Of a stretch of DNA of 64,000 bases, positions 39,101 to 52,038 are shown in pieces (positions within the stretch are counted from its first letter, which is position 1; each line of letters opens with the position of its first letter). The DNA comes from Spironucleus salmonicida. Lineage: Eukaryota. The notes under the pieces were generated by a model. It did not search any database. It had not been told where the DNA came from and was given only the letters and a program-made list of their open reading frames with translations. The position numbers and the translations under genes were made by a program. Location of the stretch: contig NC_090600.1 in the NCBI RefSeq assembly GCF_000497125.1, forward strand, positions 1,571,197 to 1,635,196, read 5' to 3'.

Positions 39101-42100
39101 TATAATATCCTAGAGAAGATTCTGATGATAACGTTCTGGTGATAGGAAGAAATGCATTAATGTAGTAAGATATGCTTTATTTATCAAATTATTTTGATAC
39201 TGTAGGCTTTGACTGGCCAATTTATATAACATTAAAATTATTGTAGATTCATTGGTAACCATCTGATCCACCATATAAATTATTAACCTCATTATGTGCT
39301 CATTATTAAACTGGAAAAAATTTATTTTTTGTTAGTAATAAACTTGCTATTGCTGCAGGTATACTCGTTGAATCATTAAAAAGAAATAAGTAGAACAAAT
39401 AAGATTATTTTAATTTAACATAAAAGACAATTGACGAGGATGATATAGATGAAAATTCTGTAGCAAAATCATTAGTTTTAGATATGTAAAAACGTATATA
39501 GTCTATTGACCTTTCTATTTAACCTCATGAGTTTGATTAGTAATTGTCTAAAGCAATTGGAACAGAAGACTGTACCATTTTATTTAATAATTTTGGTATA
39601 GGAAATAAAACAAACTCAGCAACTCTTAGAAAATTTTTAGAGATGAGATAAAAAGGTAAAATTGAAAGAAGGTCATTAGTCAAAATAGGTCGTGTTACAG
39701 CTATCACAAATAATGCATTGAATGCTTATTCTGTAGTTATTGCAATGGCATCAGATGTTAATTTTGCCGAAGCAATGAAAGATACAGGATTATTGACTCA
39801 AGAAATTCTAGACGAGGCTGGGATTTGTATACCGTATGGAATGGGCGAAGATAATAATGGATAAGATGAAAAATAGGAAAGCATTACTTAGTTGTTAATG
39901 TAAGCTTGTTTTGGAGATAATACTAGTAATAGATCGCAAATTGAGAGAGTCCGATGTTGCATTTAGCGAGTCAATACGTTAGTTTAAGATTGTAGCAATA
40001 AAACATTCAATTTTATTAAAAATAAAATTATATTAATTGATAGAAAGAACATTAAAGATAACAATATTTCTTTAGATAATTTGTGGGAACGAATAGGAAT
40101 TTTAACTCTAAAAGGTTCATATTCGCCATAATTTGTATTATTCTCTACTATTCTTACAGATTCACAAACGTAGAAAGATGAATTACAAGAGCTGTACACT
40201 TAGTTTAATCAGCTGGCTATTTCATAATATAGTAAAGAATAGTTAACATCTAAAAAATAAGAATATAAGAATAATGGCAATTTAATATTTATAGGATGTC
40301 AAAATTATAGGTATTTATAAAATGAAGGTAAATAGCATTTATAAAGATTATCATTAGCCTTATTATAGTTAGATAAAATTTTCTATAATCTCAGTATTTT
40401 ACATTTACCTGCTCATGCGATTATTTCTCCAGATTAGTTAATCATCCTGAAATCTGTAGTTAAGTAAAAGATTTCCTAACTCAACTAAGAATTATAATAA
40501 AAAGCATAACACACATGTTCTTTACAATAAGACGGATTTTCTTTCTCTCATACTTATCATCTAACATATTTCCTTATGAAATAGCCAGATTAATTTATTA
40601 AATTAGTATGCAAGGCCATACTATCATTCTTATATTAATCTATATTCCCACTTTTACCTCAGATTTATACTGAAGCGTTTTATAACTATACGCATATTAT
40701 ATTCATGTCATTTGTAAGAGTCATTCACTTTAAATATCCTAATTCTATACCTTTTGATGTTGAGGAAGAGAATACAAAGGATAATAATCAAGAAGTAATA
40801 CTGATGCAATAATTATTATCATTTTCATTTGATGATTATTTGAAGTTAATTACATCTTAATAGCTAATTAACATTATTTCTAAGAAATCTAAATTTTCGC
40901 TTTAATCTCCATTGTTAGGAAGTCATGCAAAAGATGTGTCTAAAATATCATAAGTATATGAGTGTTTACCAGAAATTTGTAAACTAGCATCTAACATAGC
41001 ATATTGTTGGTTAGGCTTAAGTTAAGTATCCTCTTATAATTACTATATTGAGAGTTCAATGACGTGGTTTATTTAACATCATTCAGCCCTTATATCTTTA
41101 ACAGATTCACCAAATCCTTTCTTATCATGTGTTGCTTATTATACTACTAGCAACTGTATTGCAGGATCAGTTTATGAAAAAGCATTCAAAAAGTTGTAGG
41201 GAAAGATGCAAAATATATAATTTTTACCATAATTTCCACCATTATTAGAAAAATTGAATGAGGCGTCATTATTTGCATTATTGGCTATTTCTATAGCTAT
41301 TAAACCTTAGATGCTCGTTTAAACGTTTGGGTACTATTCAATATTAATAGGTGATATTTTAGGCGAAGACTACATAACTTTGAAGAAATAATTTATTCCT
41401 TCGGTTAAAAATAATTCATCAGGATTTGTTAATTGCAACTCTATCAAGCCAAACAGAGTATGTGATATTTCTACAGTTTAAGAAAAACTTATGATATATG
41501 TTAAGTTCACATGTGCCATTGTTGGATGTAATGATTTGCCAGATATTTGCCCTAAAGATTTGATATCAGACAATATTTTTGGGTTGTATGCAGCTCTATT
41601 TACAAATATGAATTATTGCTTAGAGTATAAATAATTGTAATATGATTATGAAACTAAAAAACAACATGCTGCTGTAGGAGAATAATTTTTAGGATTGCCC
41701 CCGTCACCAACTTAAGTATTAGTAGTATTTTACGATAAAAATATAGCAATAGATTTATTTATTTAATTAGTATATTCATTTTTAGAATTGGATACTTAAT
41801 TGTTATTTTAAAATTAAATTTCCTTAGAACTAATACAGGAATATGTAGTTATTGTTAGTGCTAACCCCATTCTTTAGGGGCGGGAAGTATTGTAAAATAT
41901 TAAGTAGTTAATTTTATAAAAAATAACCATCAATAGATTTGTTGCTATTAAACCTATTATAATATTAATTCCATCTACCACGCAATCAGCTTCTAATATT
42001 AGTAAATTTGGAATAAGTTCTACATAATAATGCGGTGATGAAGTGGTGTAAGAATTTTTAGCAAAATTATCAGAAATTCAGGAATTAATCCCTTTATCAT

Positions 42101-43827
42101 ATTATTATTTCTAGACACCATAAAATTTATATAGTTTATTTCTGCATAATTTTAGTTTATCACTTGCAACGTTTTACTCGCTAGCAATATAATAGTTTGG
42201 GAATTTTGGTAATATTCCAAATGAAATAATAAATTTAACATCAATACGTGGACTTACTATTACAATATTGAGATAAAGTTTTTTGTAAAATCGACCGTAG
42301 ATGCTATCGATTGATGCAGATTTGGTACCTTTATTACGACGAATATTTAATTCATCGTTTTCTAAATTGAGAAAGTAGAAGTTAGATCTAACAAATGCAG
42401 ATTTTGGTTCGATCGCTACAGCAGATTTAGGTTTTGTATAATATGATTAAACTATTGACATAGGTTTCCCTAAATATTACTTAGAGAAAGTTGATTAATA
42501 AATGCTAAGTTTATTATTCAATGATGCAGATAAGCTTAAGTTCTTTTTACCTTAAAATTTAATTTAGACATTTGAGAAGTAAACTAATATTAAGGCAGAT
42601 ATAAATTTAATCAAAAATCTTAATTCGGATTCATCAGATGATGAGGTACAAATTAGTGGTAGTAAAGATTAATAATTGATTATGTAGGCTAGATTAATGT
42701 AATAGTCTAAGATGTTACAAAAAATTATATAATCAGGTGGTAAGATTAAATATAATATTATGTTGAATAGTGATACAAACTAAAATAAAGAGTCGGATAT
42801 ATTAGATTTGATTATGAAACATACATTTTCTATAGGTGATAAAGTAGAATAGATTACCGACTTTTCATTTAATAAATTCAAAGATTCCGTAGCTAACTAC
42901 TATATAGCGGATAGAGAAATATAAAATATTCCATTTTCATTACCAAGTGGTCAGGTATTCGATTTTCCGAGATAAATAACAACATTTGATCAGTTTGAAT
43001 AGTTTGTTATGTCATTGGTCAAGATTGATGAGACATTTTATGAGGATAATGCTGCCATATTCTAACGAATTAATCCATTTTAAAGTCATAGATTTGTTTT
43101 TACTAGCTAATTTTCCCAAAAGGTATTTACTTAAGTATCATAATATTCAGTATAATAGCTTTAAGAACAGATTCCATCAAGTCTAAGAAAGGTGTTACTA
43201 AATTCTAAGATGTATTAGAATATAAAATTCGGAAAAAGAATAATACAGAAGAATATCGGTGATTTAGTTTAACATATTATGACTAGCTAGTCATCTTAAT
43301 ATTTAAGTGGAGACAGATCATTTGTTCATTTTAAAAACCATTATATTATTAATGGTATTTTATTTGCCCCGATTATTGGTGATATATTCAATTATATGCG
43401 AGTTTAAGTAGCTATTAAGTCAATGATATAGCTATCAAGTTTGAAAATATTATTGTTATTAGATTATCCTGCTAAATAACCTCGTATTGATAGAGAGGGC
43501 AATATAGTTTTAACAGATAAGAAACCAGGATTAGTTATATAAATTAGAGGATTAGAACTAGTTGGTGCATGTTATGATAAAAATATATAAAGCATTGTAG
43601 ATTAAACCCCTGAATCATTATAAGGGTTCGGAAGTTATTTTGATATTTATGCCATCGTTAGTTCCTGTGAAGGTCATAGAAAGGATATAGTCAATAACGG
43701 ATTTATCCCTGTTCCATTGAATGTTGGTGGATATTGTTATGCTGAATTATTACTACCCAATAAAACTAACAGGCCTGACTAAGAATGGGTAGATCGGGGT
43801 GTATTTTTAGGAGTCAGGTCTGGGTGA
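27136..43827 (+). CDS. highly divergent dynein heavy chain-like protein (~5563 aa)
   Basis: Frame-1 ORF containing track ORFs 31972 and 38023. The C-terminus GLVIQIRGLELVGACYD...LPNKTNRPDQEWVDRGVFL matches the DHC C-terminal GLxLxGAxWD / WIxRGVAL pattern; linker-like PWCYNSNIELYARDLEAMI; P-loop LIGDRAEGKT at ~35650; N-terminus resembles inner-arm DNAH1-type chains. Confidence 0.75.
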
Positions 43828-43871
43828 TATATAAATTTATATTTTATAATACATGTATAATCTAAAATTTA

Positions 43872-44780
43872 ATGTAAAAATTGCAAATTGATGAAGAACT
43901 GACATTTTAAAGCTTGAAAAAATAGGACAATACTAAAATAAACAAATTACAATAAGATATAAATAGATTGACTGACTAGGTTACAAATTTACATTAATCA
44001 ATTGTAAAAGATATAGATGATAATAATGTTGATACATACTAACAATTATTAAAGAAAAATTAAAAATTAGCAGACAAATATGAATTAGCACATTAAATAA
44101 TTGATTAATATAGAAATTTGATTAGGTTAATTATTGAAAAAGAATCAACTGATAATGTAACATAAGAGGTAGAACGATTAGTATTTAAATCTATAAAATA
44201 ACTGGAAGAAACGAAATATTAATTGAATACAAAAACCTAATAACTAGAGTCTTATAAGTAAACAGTGGATAATTTAGAAAAATCTTTATAGAACACATAA
44301 ATAATATAGCCAAATTAATAGATTACTGATATTTCATTAAATGCAAATGATTTAGAAGATATGATTAAAAGTAATTGCAATTTTTATTAAAAGATTCAAT
44401 AATAAATAGAGAATATGACGCATTATAACTCAACTCCAGTATAATAAATTATATAAAAAGATTTGGCAGTTCCATTCATTCATAGTTAGATTGAGCATAG
44501 AAAGATTACCAAATAAAGCAAAATTATATGTGTTGTTAAAAATTTAATATCTAATGTCGAAAATATTAATAATAAGTCCGATGAATTGGTCAAAAAATTA
44601 AGACAAGATAGGTCATAAAAAATACCAATTTTTAATGTTTATTATGAAATAGATACAGAAATTAAATAACTAAAAAATAATTAAACTTCAATGACCACTA
44701 TTTAAAGTATAGTCAACAATAAATATGCTTTTGCATCAGAACAAATTGTTAATTTATTAATAGTTTCCAATTCACAGTGA
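43872..44780 (+). CDS. coiled-coil hypothetical protein
   Basis: MQKLQIDEELTFQSLKKQDNTKINKLQQDINRL...VSNSQ* (CAGTGA). Confidence 0.65.
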
Positions 44781-45605
44781 ATTATTTTATAAACTAACTT
44801 CAAAACACCCATTTATAAGGTAAATACCAAAATTGTCTTCTAATATTATAATAATAACTTAACGCATACTGATTATACCTTTCAGTGTCAAGGATTCATA
44901 ATAAAAATAATTCATCTCTTAGTCAATTCTGCAAAATTCTAGTTTAATAAATTTAAGATTCATAATTCCACTTTCATATATAACCTCGACAACATTACCA
45001 TAATATTCCTATTGTAAAAAATTATCTATTAAACCTTTAGTCATTTGCTCATATACTCTCAAAATATTGCTTTATCCTAAAAATTCACCGAATCCAGTAC
45101 TGATGCCCATGATATTAAAAGCATCACATAATCCTACCCCAGGAACTACAGTTAGAGGAAGCCTGCCAGATTATCCCATCCCAGAGCTGCTGAAAACAGC
45201 AGTGTTGTTATCATTCTGATACAAAAATCCGATTGTATCAGTAGTTTTCTTCTATGAAGCTTACCAGTCTTCGGAAACTTAAAAACAGTCGGCAAAACGT
45301 TATACATTATCGCCAAAACAACAACAACAAAGCTCATCACTTTTGATATTTTCAAACACTATTTTCGAAGGGGTTGGATGATAAAAATCAAATTTGGAGT
45401 CAATTTTTCCGTTTAGAATCAGTGTTACAGCACAGGAGAAGGAAGCATTCCGGCCGCAGTTTAGCGAGTTTGAATTTTCAAAAAACTACGACAGCAGCTA
45501 ACAGAACGTTACTGTATTTTTAATATTTTAGGAGATAAAATTTATGATACGTTAAATGAAACCATCAGATGGAATAAAGTCGGCACCTAACGAGTATATA
45601 ATCAT
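44772..45605 (-). CDS. asparaginase-2 family Ntn-hydrolase (Taspase1/glycosylasparaginase-like)
   Basis: FENSNSLNCG...TTDTIGFL...FSSSGMGQSGRLP..VPGVG...STGFGEF parallels the family motifs LE....NAG, D/TVG autocleavage site, SSGG..PGRVG and STGxGE. Confidence 0.7.
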
Positions 45606-45729
45606 TATTTCAAAGAAATTAAAAAAAGATAAATAATTTTATATAATCAATAGTATAAAATATTTTTTTTCATTATTGCAATATTATATAATAATATAAT
45701 GATTATTTGACAACCACTCTATTATTAAA

Positions 45730-48700
45730 ATGAGTCTTTAGGAAAAAATTCGTGAAATGAAGTAGATTTGCGGCATTTAAGATGTAGATATATCAATGAC
45801 AGATGGTACGGGCGATAAAAATGTTGATTTGAGACGAAATATTGAAGAAAGTTAGTTTACAGAAGTTTCTGAATCTCTGGCTACAACTGTGAAATAAGAA
45901 AGACAAACAAATATGATAAATTTAACTTAGCAACCAAAAATATTAGTCGGTGGTATCTTGAAGTCATATTAATTAGAGTCATTATAATTTTTACTTAATA
46001 TTCATGCAATGTCAATGAAATATAATTCCCATTTTGTATCTAATGGAGTTAAAAAACCATTAGAGTATCAGATTAACGCAATTCTTGCAGATGAAATGGG
46101 TCTAGGCAAGACTATATAAACGTTATCCTTACTATGTGCCGTATAGGAATTTTATGGAATTAAGGGAAAACACATGATTATAGTTCCTAAATCTACAATT
46201 ATATAATGGGAGCAAGAATAGTAGAAATGGTGCCCGTCCTACAGGTTGATTAAACTTATTGGTGAAAAAGAAGAGAGATAAGAGGTTTTAACATCAATAA
46301 TCAAACCTTAAAGATTTGATATTTTATTAACAACCTATGATTAAGTAAGAATAGAGTAAAATACATTATAAAAAATACATTTCAGTTATGTTGTAATGGA
46401 TGAGGGACATAAGCTTAAAGATATAGAGTCTTAAATTTCATCTGTTATTAGATCTTTATAAGCTGATCATTTATTGTTGTTAACAGGTACACCAATTTAG
46501 AATAATTTACATGAGCTATGGTCTTTGCTTAATTGCTTGATGCCGTATTTGTTTAACAATCCCACTGAATTTGTATCTGTTTTATAATAGGCAGAAAATG
46601 CTGATTAACTTTAGGAAATTTTAAAGTTATTTTTGATTAGAAGAGAGAAAAAAGATGTAGAAACGTTACCAGATAAACATGAGTATTTAATACATTGCCC
46701 CATGACTAAATTATAAAAAAGACTATATAAAGGCATATTAATGAAGGATTTGGATTAGCTATCTTCAGCAGTTAATACGAAGTCTGCCGATCTAGGAAAA
46801 ACATCGTTACTAAACATTCTAATGCAATTAAGAAAATGTGCTGACCATCCATATTTATTTTCTGGTGTGGAACCAGAACCATTTATAGATGGTCCTCATT
46901 TATACAATTGTGCTGGTAAGATGGTTGTATTATAATAACTTATCTAAAAAATTTTAGCTAGAAAAGAAAAAGTACTTATATTTTGTTAAATGACTACTAT
47001 GCTAAATATCATCTCAGATTTTTTAAATATAACAAATATTTCACATTGTAGAATTGATGGATCTACTTAATTAGATGAAAGAGCGCATTTTATGAAAGAA
47101 TTTATGACAAATGTTGATAAATATCCCGTTTTTTTGCTTTCTACAAGAGCAGGTTGTTTAGGTTTAAATTTAACAGCTGCTAACCACGTCATTATTTATT
47201 AGTAAGACTTCAACCCATAAGTTGATGCTTAAGCAATTGGTAGAGCTTATCGGATTTTGCAAAAGAGAGAAGTCCACGTTTATCGTTTAGTAACAGAAAA
47301 TTCTGTGGATGTTAAAATATACGAAAGATCAGTCGTCAAAATGTAACTAGATGAACTTATTATATAAAATGGGAATTTTTCCGGCTAAGATATCAGTGCT
47401 GATGTGACTTCTAAGAAAACTTCAAAGAATAATCTTATGGATATGATAGCTTTCCAAACTGATCAGTTATTTGAAGAAAAAGATGAACAAGCTGAGAATT
47501 AAATACTAGATTACAACTAACCAGAGATTGTTTTCTCAGACGAGAAAATGCAGGAGCTCCTCAAAGATGCATCAATTTTCTAAGAATAAACTGTATAAAC
47601 AGCAGAATAGATCAAAACCAAGGCGTCGGAAGTAATAAATAAATTAGCATCGGACGGTAAATTAGAATCATTTGATGCTAAGGAGCTGTATAAGTTCGAT
47701 GGGGAGGATTTTGCTAAGCATAATATCAAAAAACTTACTTAGTAAATGTATAAGGAGAAGATGGCAAAATTGGAAGAGGATAGACTTGCAAAGAGATTTT
47801 ATCCAGATCAAGAAGAGTTCTAGGAGGCGAAAGGTGATAAAAGGTGGTATCCTTCAATGGCAAAATTCAGAAAGAATTAGTCTTTGTACAAACCTGATAT
47901 TTATCTTTTGGATAAGCATTTTTACCAGTTGTAAACCAAAGTGACGAATGAAATTACGAAAGTCATTGAACCCTATTTCCAAAAAAATAAAGATGTCACT
48001 TTCGAAGAATATATTGAATAGATATAAGCCAAAAAACCAGAATAATATTAGTTAAAATATACAAATATTCACTTACCTGGATTGACTGAAGATGAAGCGA
48101 TTTAATACTTATCATATTGTGAGTAGAATTGCCCTTATATCAATAATAAGGAAATTTCGAAAAAAGATTTCACTTTCATCCTGCAATCAATTTGTGATTA
48201 TGACCCTTCTTTATATCCTGAAGATACTGGCGTGAGAAGAATAAAATATATAACGGCATAGGAATAAAAGGAGATAAATAATCCAGTTTTAGGTTATACA
48301 CTTTTCCCAATGGAGTTATTGTCATAGTCAGATTATACAATTTTAGATGGAAAGGAAATTGATGTTACTGGTATAGAGGATTTATCGCTATCATATGATC
48401 ATTTTATTAGTTGTTATACTAAATAGCAAGCACCTCTTGATGAGACTGAATATAGAATGTACTGCGAGGCTTTAGTTTAAAATCTAGGGGTTTTGGAAGA
48501 AAGTTAAAAGATCAAAAATAGAATTGAAAAGGCTAGGTAGAAAAGAACTTAATACTTCTAAAAGATCAAATCTTTAAGGCTATATATCGAGTCATATAAC
48601 CCAGATGCTTTGCTTACAATGAAAATTCCTTCTATATAATAATAAAAAAGAGTATTTACTACATTACATGATAGGTTTTTACTAATTGCTACTGATATAT

Positions 48701-48852
48701 TTGGATTTGGGTGCTGGGAAGAAATTGTTGCGTTGATACGTGTCCATCCTATGTTTATATTTGACTGGTGGTTTAAGGCAAGAGATGAGGGAGAAATATC
48801 ATCTAGAGTGGATAAGCTTATTAAGGCTATATAAAGAGACACTTCAGCATGA
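45730..48852 (+). CDS. ISWI: ISWI-family SNF2 chromatin remodeller
   Basis: [76 protein letters not shown], plus the C-terminal SLIDE domain (HDRFLL...[10 protein letters not shown]). Confidence 0.93.
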
Positions 48853-48932
48853 GTAATTCCTTTTAACATTGTTGCCTTGTCACATTCCTATTTATTATAT
48901 TATAATACATTGATATTATTTTCACTTTATTG

Positions 48933-51068
48933 ATGACTGCTTAACAGCAACCACCTCTACCTTTATGTTTACCTCCAATAATTGAAGATAAAAAGTAAGG
49001 TAAAAAATATTAAACAAGTAATGTCTTAGGTAAAGGAGGATTTGCAGCAGTCTTCAAAGTGACCGATATGGAAACAAATGAGGTTTATGCTTGTAAAGTT
49101 ACTCCTATTGAGCGACTTTCAAAGCCCAAACTCGTGGAAAAATTTAAATAAGAGCTAAAAATTCATAAATAATTAGATTTTTAATATATTTGCAAGGCTC
49201 ATTCATTTTTCTAGGATAAAACAAATTATTATTTATTGCTTGAAATTTGTGAGGCGTATTCTCTGTCATAATTATTTAGAAAACGAAATGGGTTGATAGA
49301 GGAAGAAATATAAAGAATTTCTTATGAGATTTTATCTGCATTGGCATATTTAAAAAATTTAGGCATTATACATCGAGATTTAAAGGCATCTAATGTATTT
49401 TTAAAGAAGGCAAATGGTTGTTTTGTTACAAAATTAGGCGATTTTGGTCTGTCTGCATAAGTCGTTAATAATGAATTAAGATATACCCTATGCGGAACTC
49501 CAAACTTTTTATCACCTGAAATTATCGCGTCTCATGTTGCTAAACGGTTGGCAAACCAAGTTAATTGTGATGTTAATATTGACATAGACTGTAAAAAATT
49601 ATGTTAAGATTTACCTGATATTTTTTAACATGGCCATGGATTTGCTACAGATGTTTGGAGTTTGGGATGTGTTATCTATTAGCTAGCATTTGTAAAGGCA
49701 CCATTCGAGTCATTGTCTATTCCTTAAACTTATAAAAAGATATTAAATTGTGATTATACATTCCCTAAGGATGTATAATCATAGCGAAAATATTCTTAAT
49801 ATTTTTATAAATTTATTTCTTCAATGCTATCAAAAAATCCATAAAATAGACCAACTGTAGAGCAACTATTACTTGATCCTTGGATTTAATCTGGTAAATC
49901 TGTTAGATTGATTGGTTTGCCTGAGTAAGTAATGAAGTCAGACCTCTCAATAAATTATCTTTAATCATAACCAATGTAAAAGTTTCTTAAGTATAAAGAG
50001 AGTGTAGAGTAACGATGTGCTAAAATAGCCCCACTTAACGATTTATTTCCTTAAGCGTCAAGTTAAACGTAGACTTTATAATAATTTTTGTCGTAAAATT
50101 TTTCTACTTTTACAATAAATTAAGTTAAGTACCAGACACCTGACATTACAAAAATTTAACCTTGGTATGGGTGCTAATTCACTAGTCATAATATTACTCC
50201 TATAGGTACAGATCCATTTGATGATTATGAAAGAGCTGGTCATTTCTCTCACAATATGAAGTTACCATACACGAGATTTCACTAAGTTTAATACATTTAT
50301 GCTTGGTGTGATTATTCTAGCTAGTATGGTATTGCTTACTAAATTAGTACTGGAAGTATTGGTGCTCTTTTTAACGATCTCACCAGTATTGTAATTAGCC
50401 CATCTAAAGTATTTGGAGATTATACTACTGAGCGGAGCATTGTTCAACGATTTTCGTATAAAAATGGGTAAGAGGTTGTTGGAAATAAAAAATGGGCACT
50501 AATAGTTTATTTTGCAGATTTATTAGAAACAAGATCAATCGCACCTATTCTTAAAGAATAATTAGAAAACGTTGATTAACTTTTTATAGATGGAGAATTA
50601 GCAAAGTTTTATAATGATGCACAAAGTTTTACATTAGAGATATTTAATGAGAAGTATGCTAAAGAGGTTGCCAAAATTAAAACATTAGAGCTTAGAGACT
50701 CTATTTAAAAATTATCCCAAGCAGGCCCCGTTTTAGATTATAATTTTTCAGAAATTGAAAATATTTTCTATGATAAGCTATGTAGATATGCTAAAGAACC
50801 ATTAATGCGACTAAAGAAATGGAAAAATGATTCAGGGTAAATCTCTTTTTATCTTTATAATGATTAGTTCTAATGTAATAATTAGTCAGATCATACTAAG
50901 ATTGTAATTAATTAAACTTATCTTATTCTGTTAAACGAATCTAGATAAATAATTATTTATAACAGCTAACTTATTTACAGTAAAGAATTTATTGATTCTG
51001 AGTTGTATAAATATATAACTTAGATTTTGTAAAATGTGACAGGTCTTTATTAAGAATTGACCAAGTGA
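48933..51068 (+). CDS. PLK: Polo-like kinase
   Basis: LGKGGFA, YACKV, HRDLK, LGDFGLS, TLCGTPNF; polo-box WCDYSSQYGIAYQISTGSIGALFND; second box includes DHTKIVI. Confidence 0.93.
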
Positions 51069-51119
51069 GAAATTTTTATTATTATATATTATAATTTAGA
51101 AAACATACTTAAACAATTA

Positions 51120-51986
51120 ATGAACGAAAAATTATGCTAAATGCAATTAAATTTAGACTTAAAATATCAATTATAGAAGATAGCCTGTGATAACAAATTA
51201 CTAGCTGAGTAATATGAATAACTATAAGATAAACATAAGAATCTTTAGGATGTTTTTAATTAGCAATAGACAATTATTTCTGAATAATCAGAATTGTTAA
51301 ACAAAGTATAAAAGTAAAAGTAGAAATTTAAACTTTAGTTAGAGTAAATAAATGATCCTAGCTTAATTAGTAATAAAGACTATTAGATGTATGTTTAGTA
51401 TCATAATTTTGTTAAAATGCTTTAAAATATCAAAGTCTCAATACCATAAATTTTTAAATTTAAACAATAAGCTTTAAATACTTCGTTAAATAGGTTACTT
51501 TAATCTGTAACAAGAGTAAATAAATCTGTTATTCAAAAAATATATTAGCTTAATCAATATCGATTATCTTCAAATATTATTATAACATAATAATAAGAAA
51601 AAATAGATCAATTGATTTCAAAAATCGATTAACTGTAAAATTAAGATTAACTAACATAATAGAAACTTTAATCACTTGAAAATAGAAGCTTACTAAATGA
51701 AAAATTGGTATAAAAATTGCTATGTGAATTACACTCATAGATAAATTACGGTGAAAATAATGCAGCAATACTAAACTAATAGCAGAAAGAGGATAAACTA
51801 TTAAATGAGAAGATAGTTTTAAATATTTAAAGCCAACTTGCTGCTAATTTATCGTTCTAATAATCGGTAAGCAATAAAGATACTAATATTTCTGATAAAT
51901 ATAAACAGTAATTATTAAATATGACCGTCTAAAAGGACATTCTTATTAATTTAGTGTAAAAACTTTTTGCAAAATAATAATAGTGA
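51120..51986 (+). CDS. Gln-rich coiled-coil hypothetical protein
   Basis: MNEKLCQMQLNLDLKYQLQK...LFAKQQQ* (TAGTGA). Confidence 0.65.
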
Positions 51987-52038
51987 ATATTATATCGTTA
52001 TATATTTATGATCATTCCACTTTCCACTTCTTGTGCAT

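Noticed and set aside
27136-43827. Pseudogene or non-coding desert suggested by the standard code
   Set aside because: The apparent stops are TAA/TAG = Gln; the same frame holds at every point I checked.
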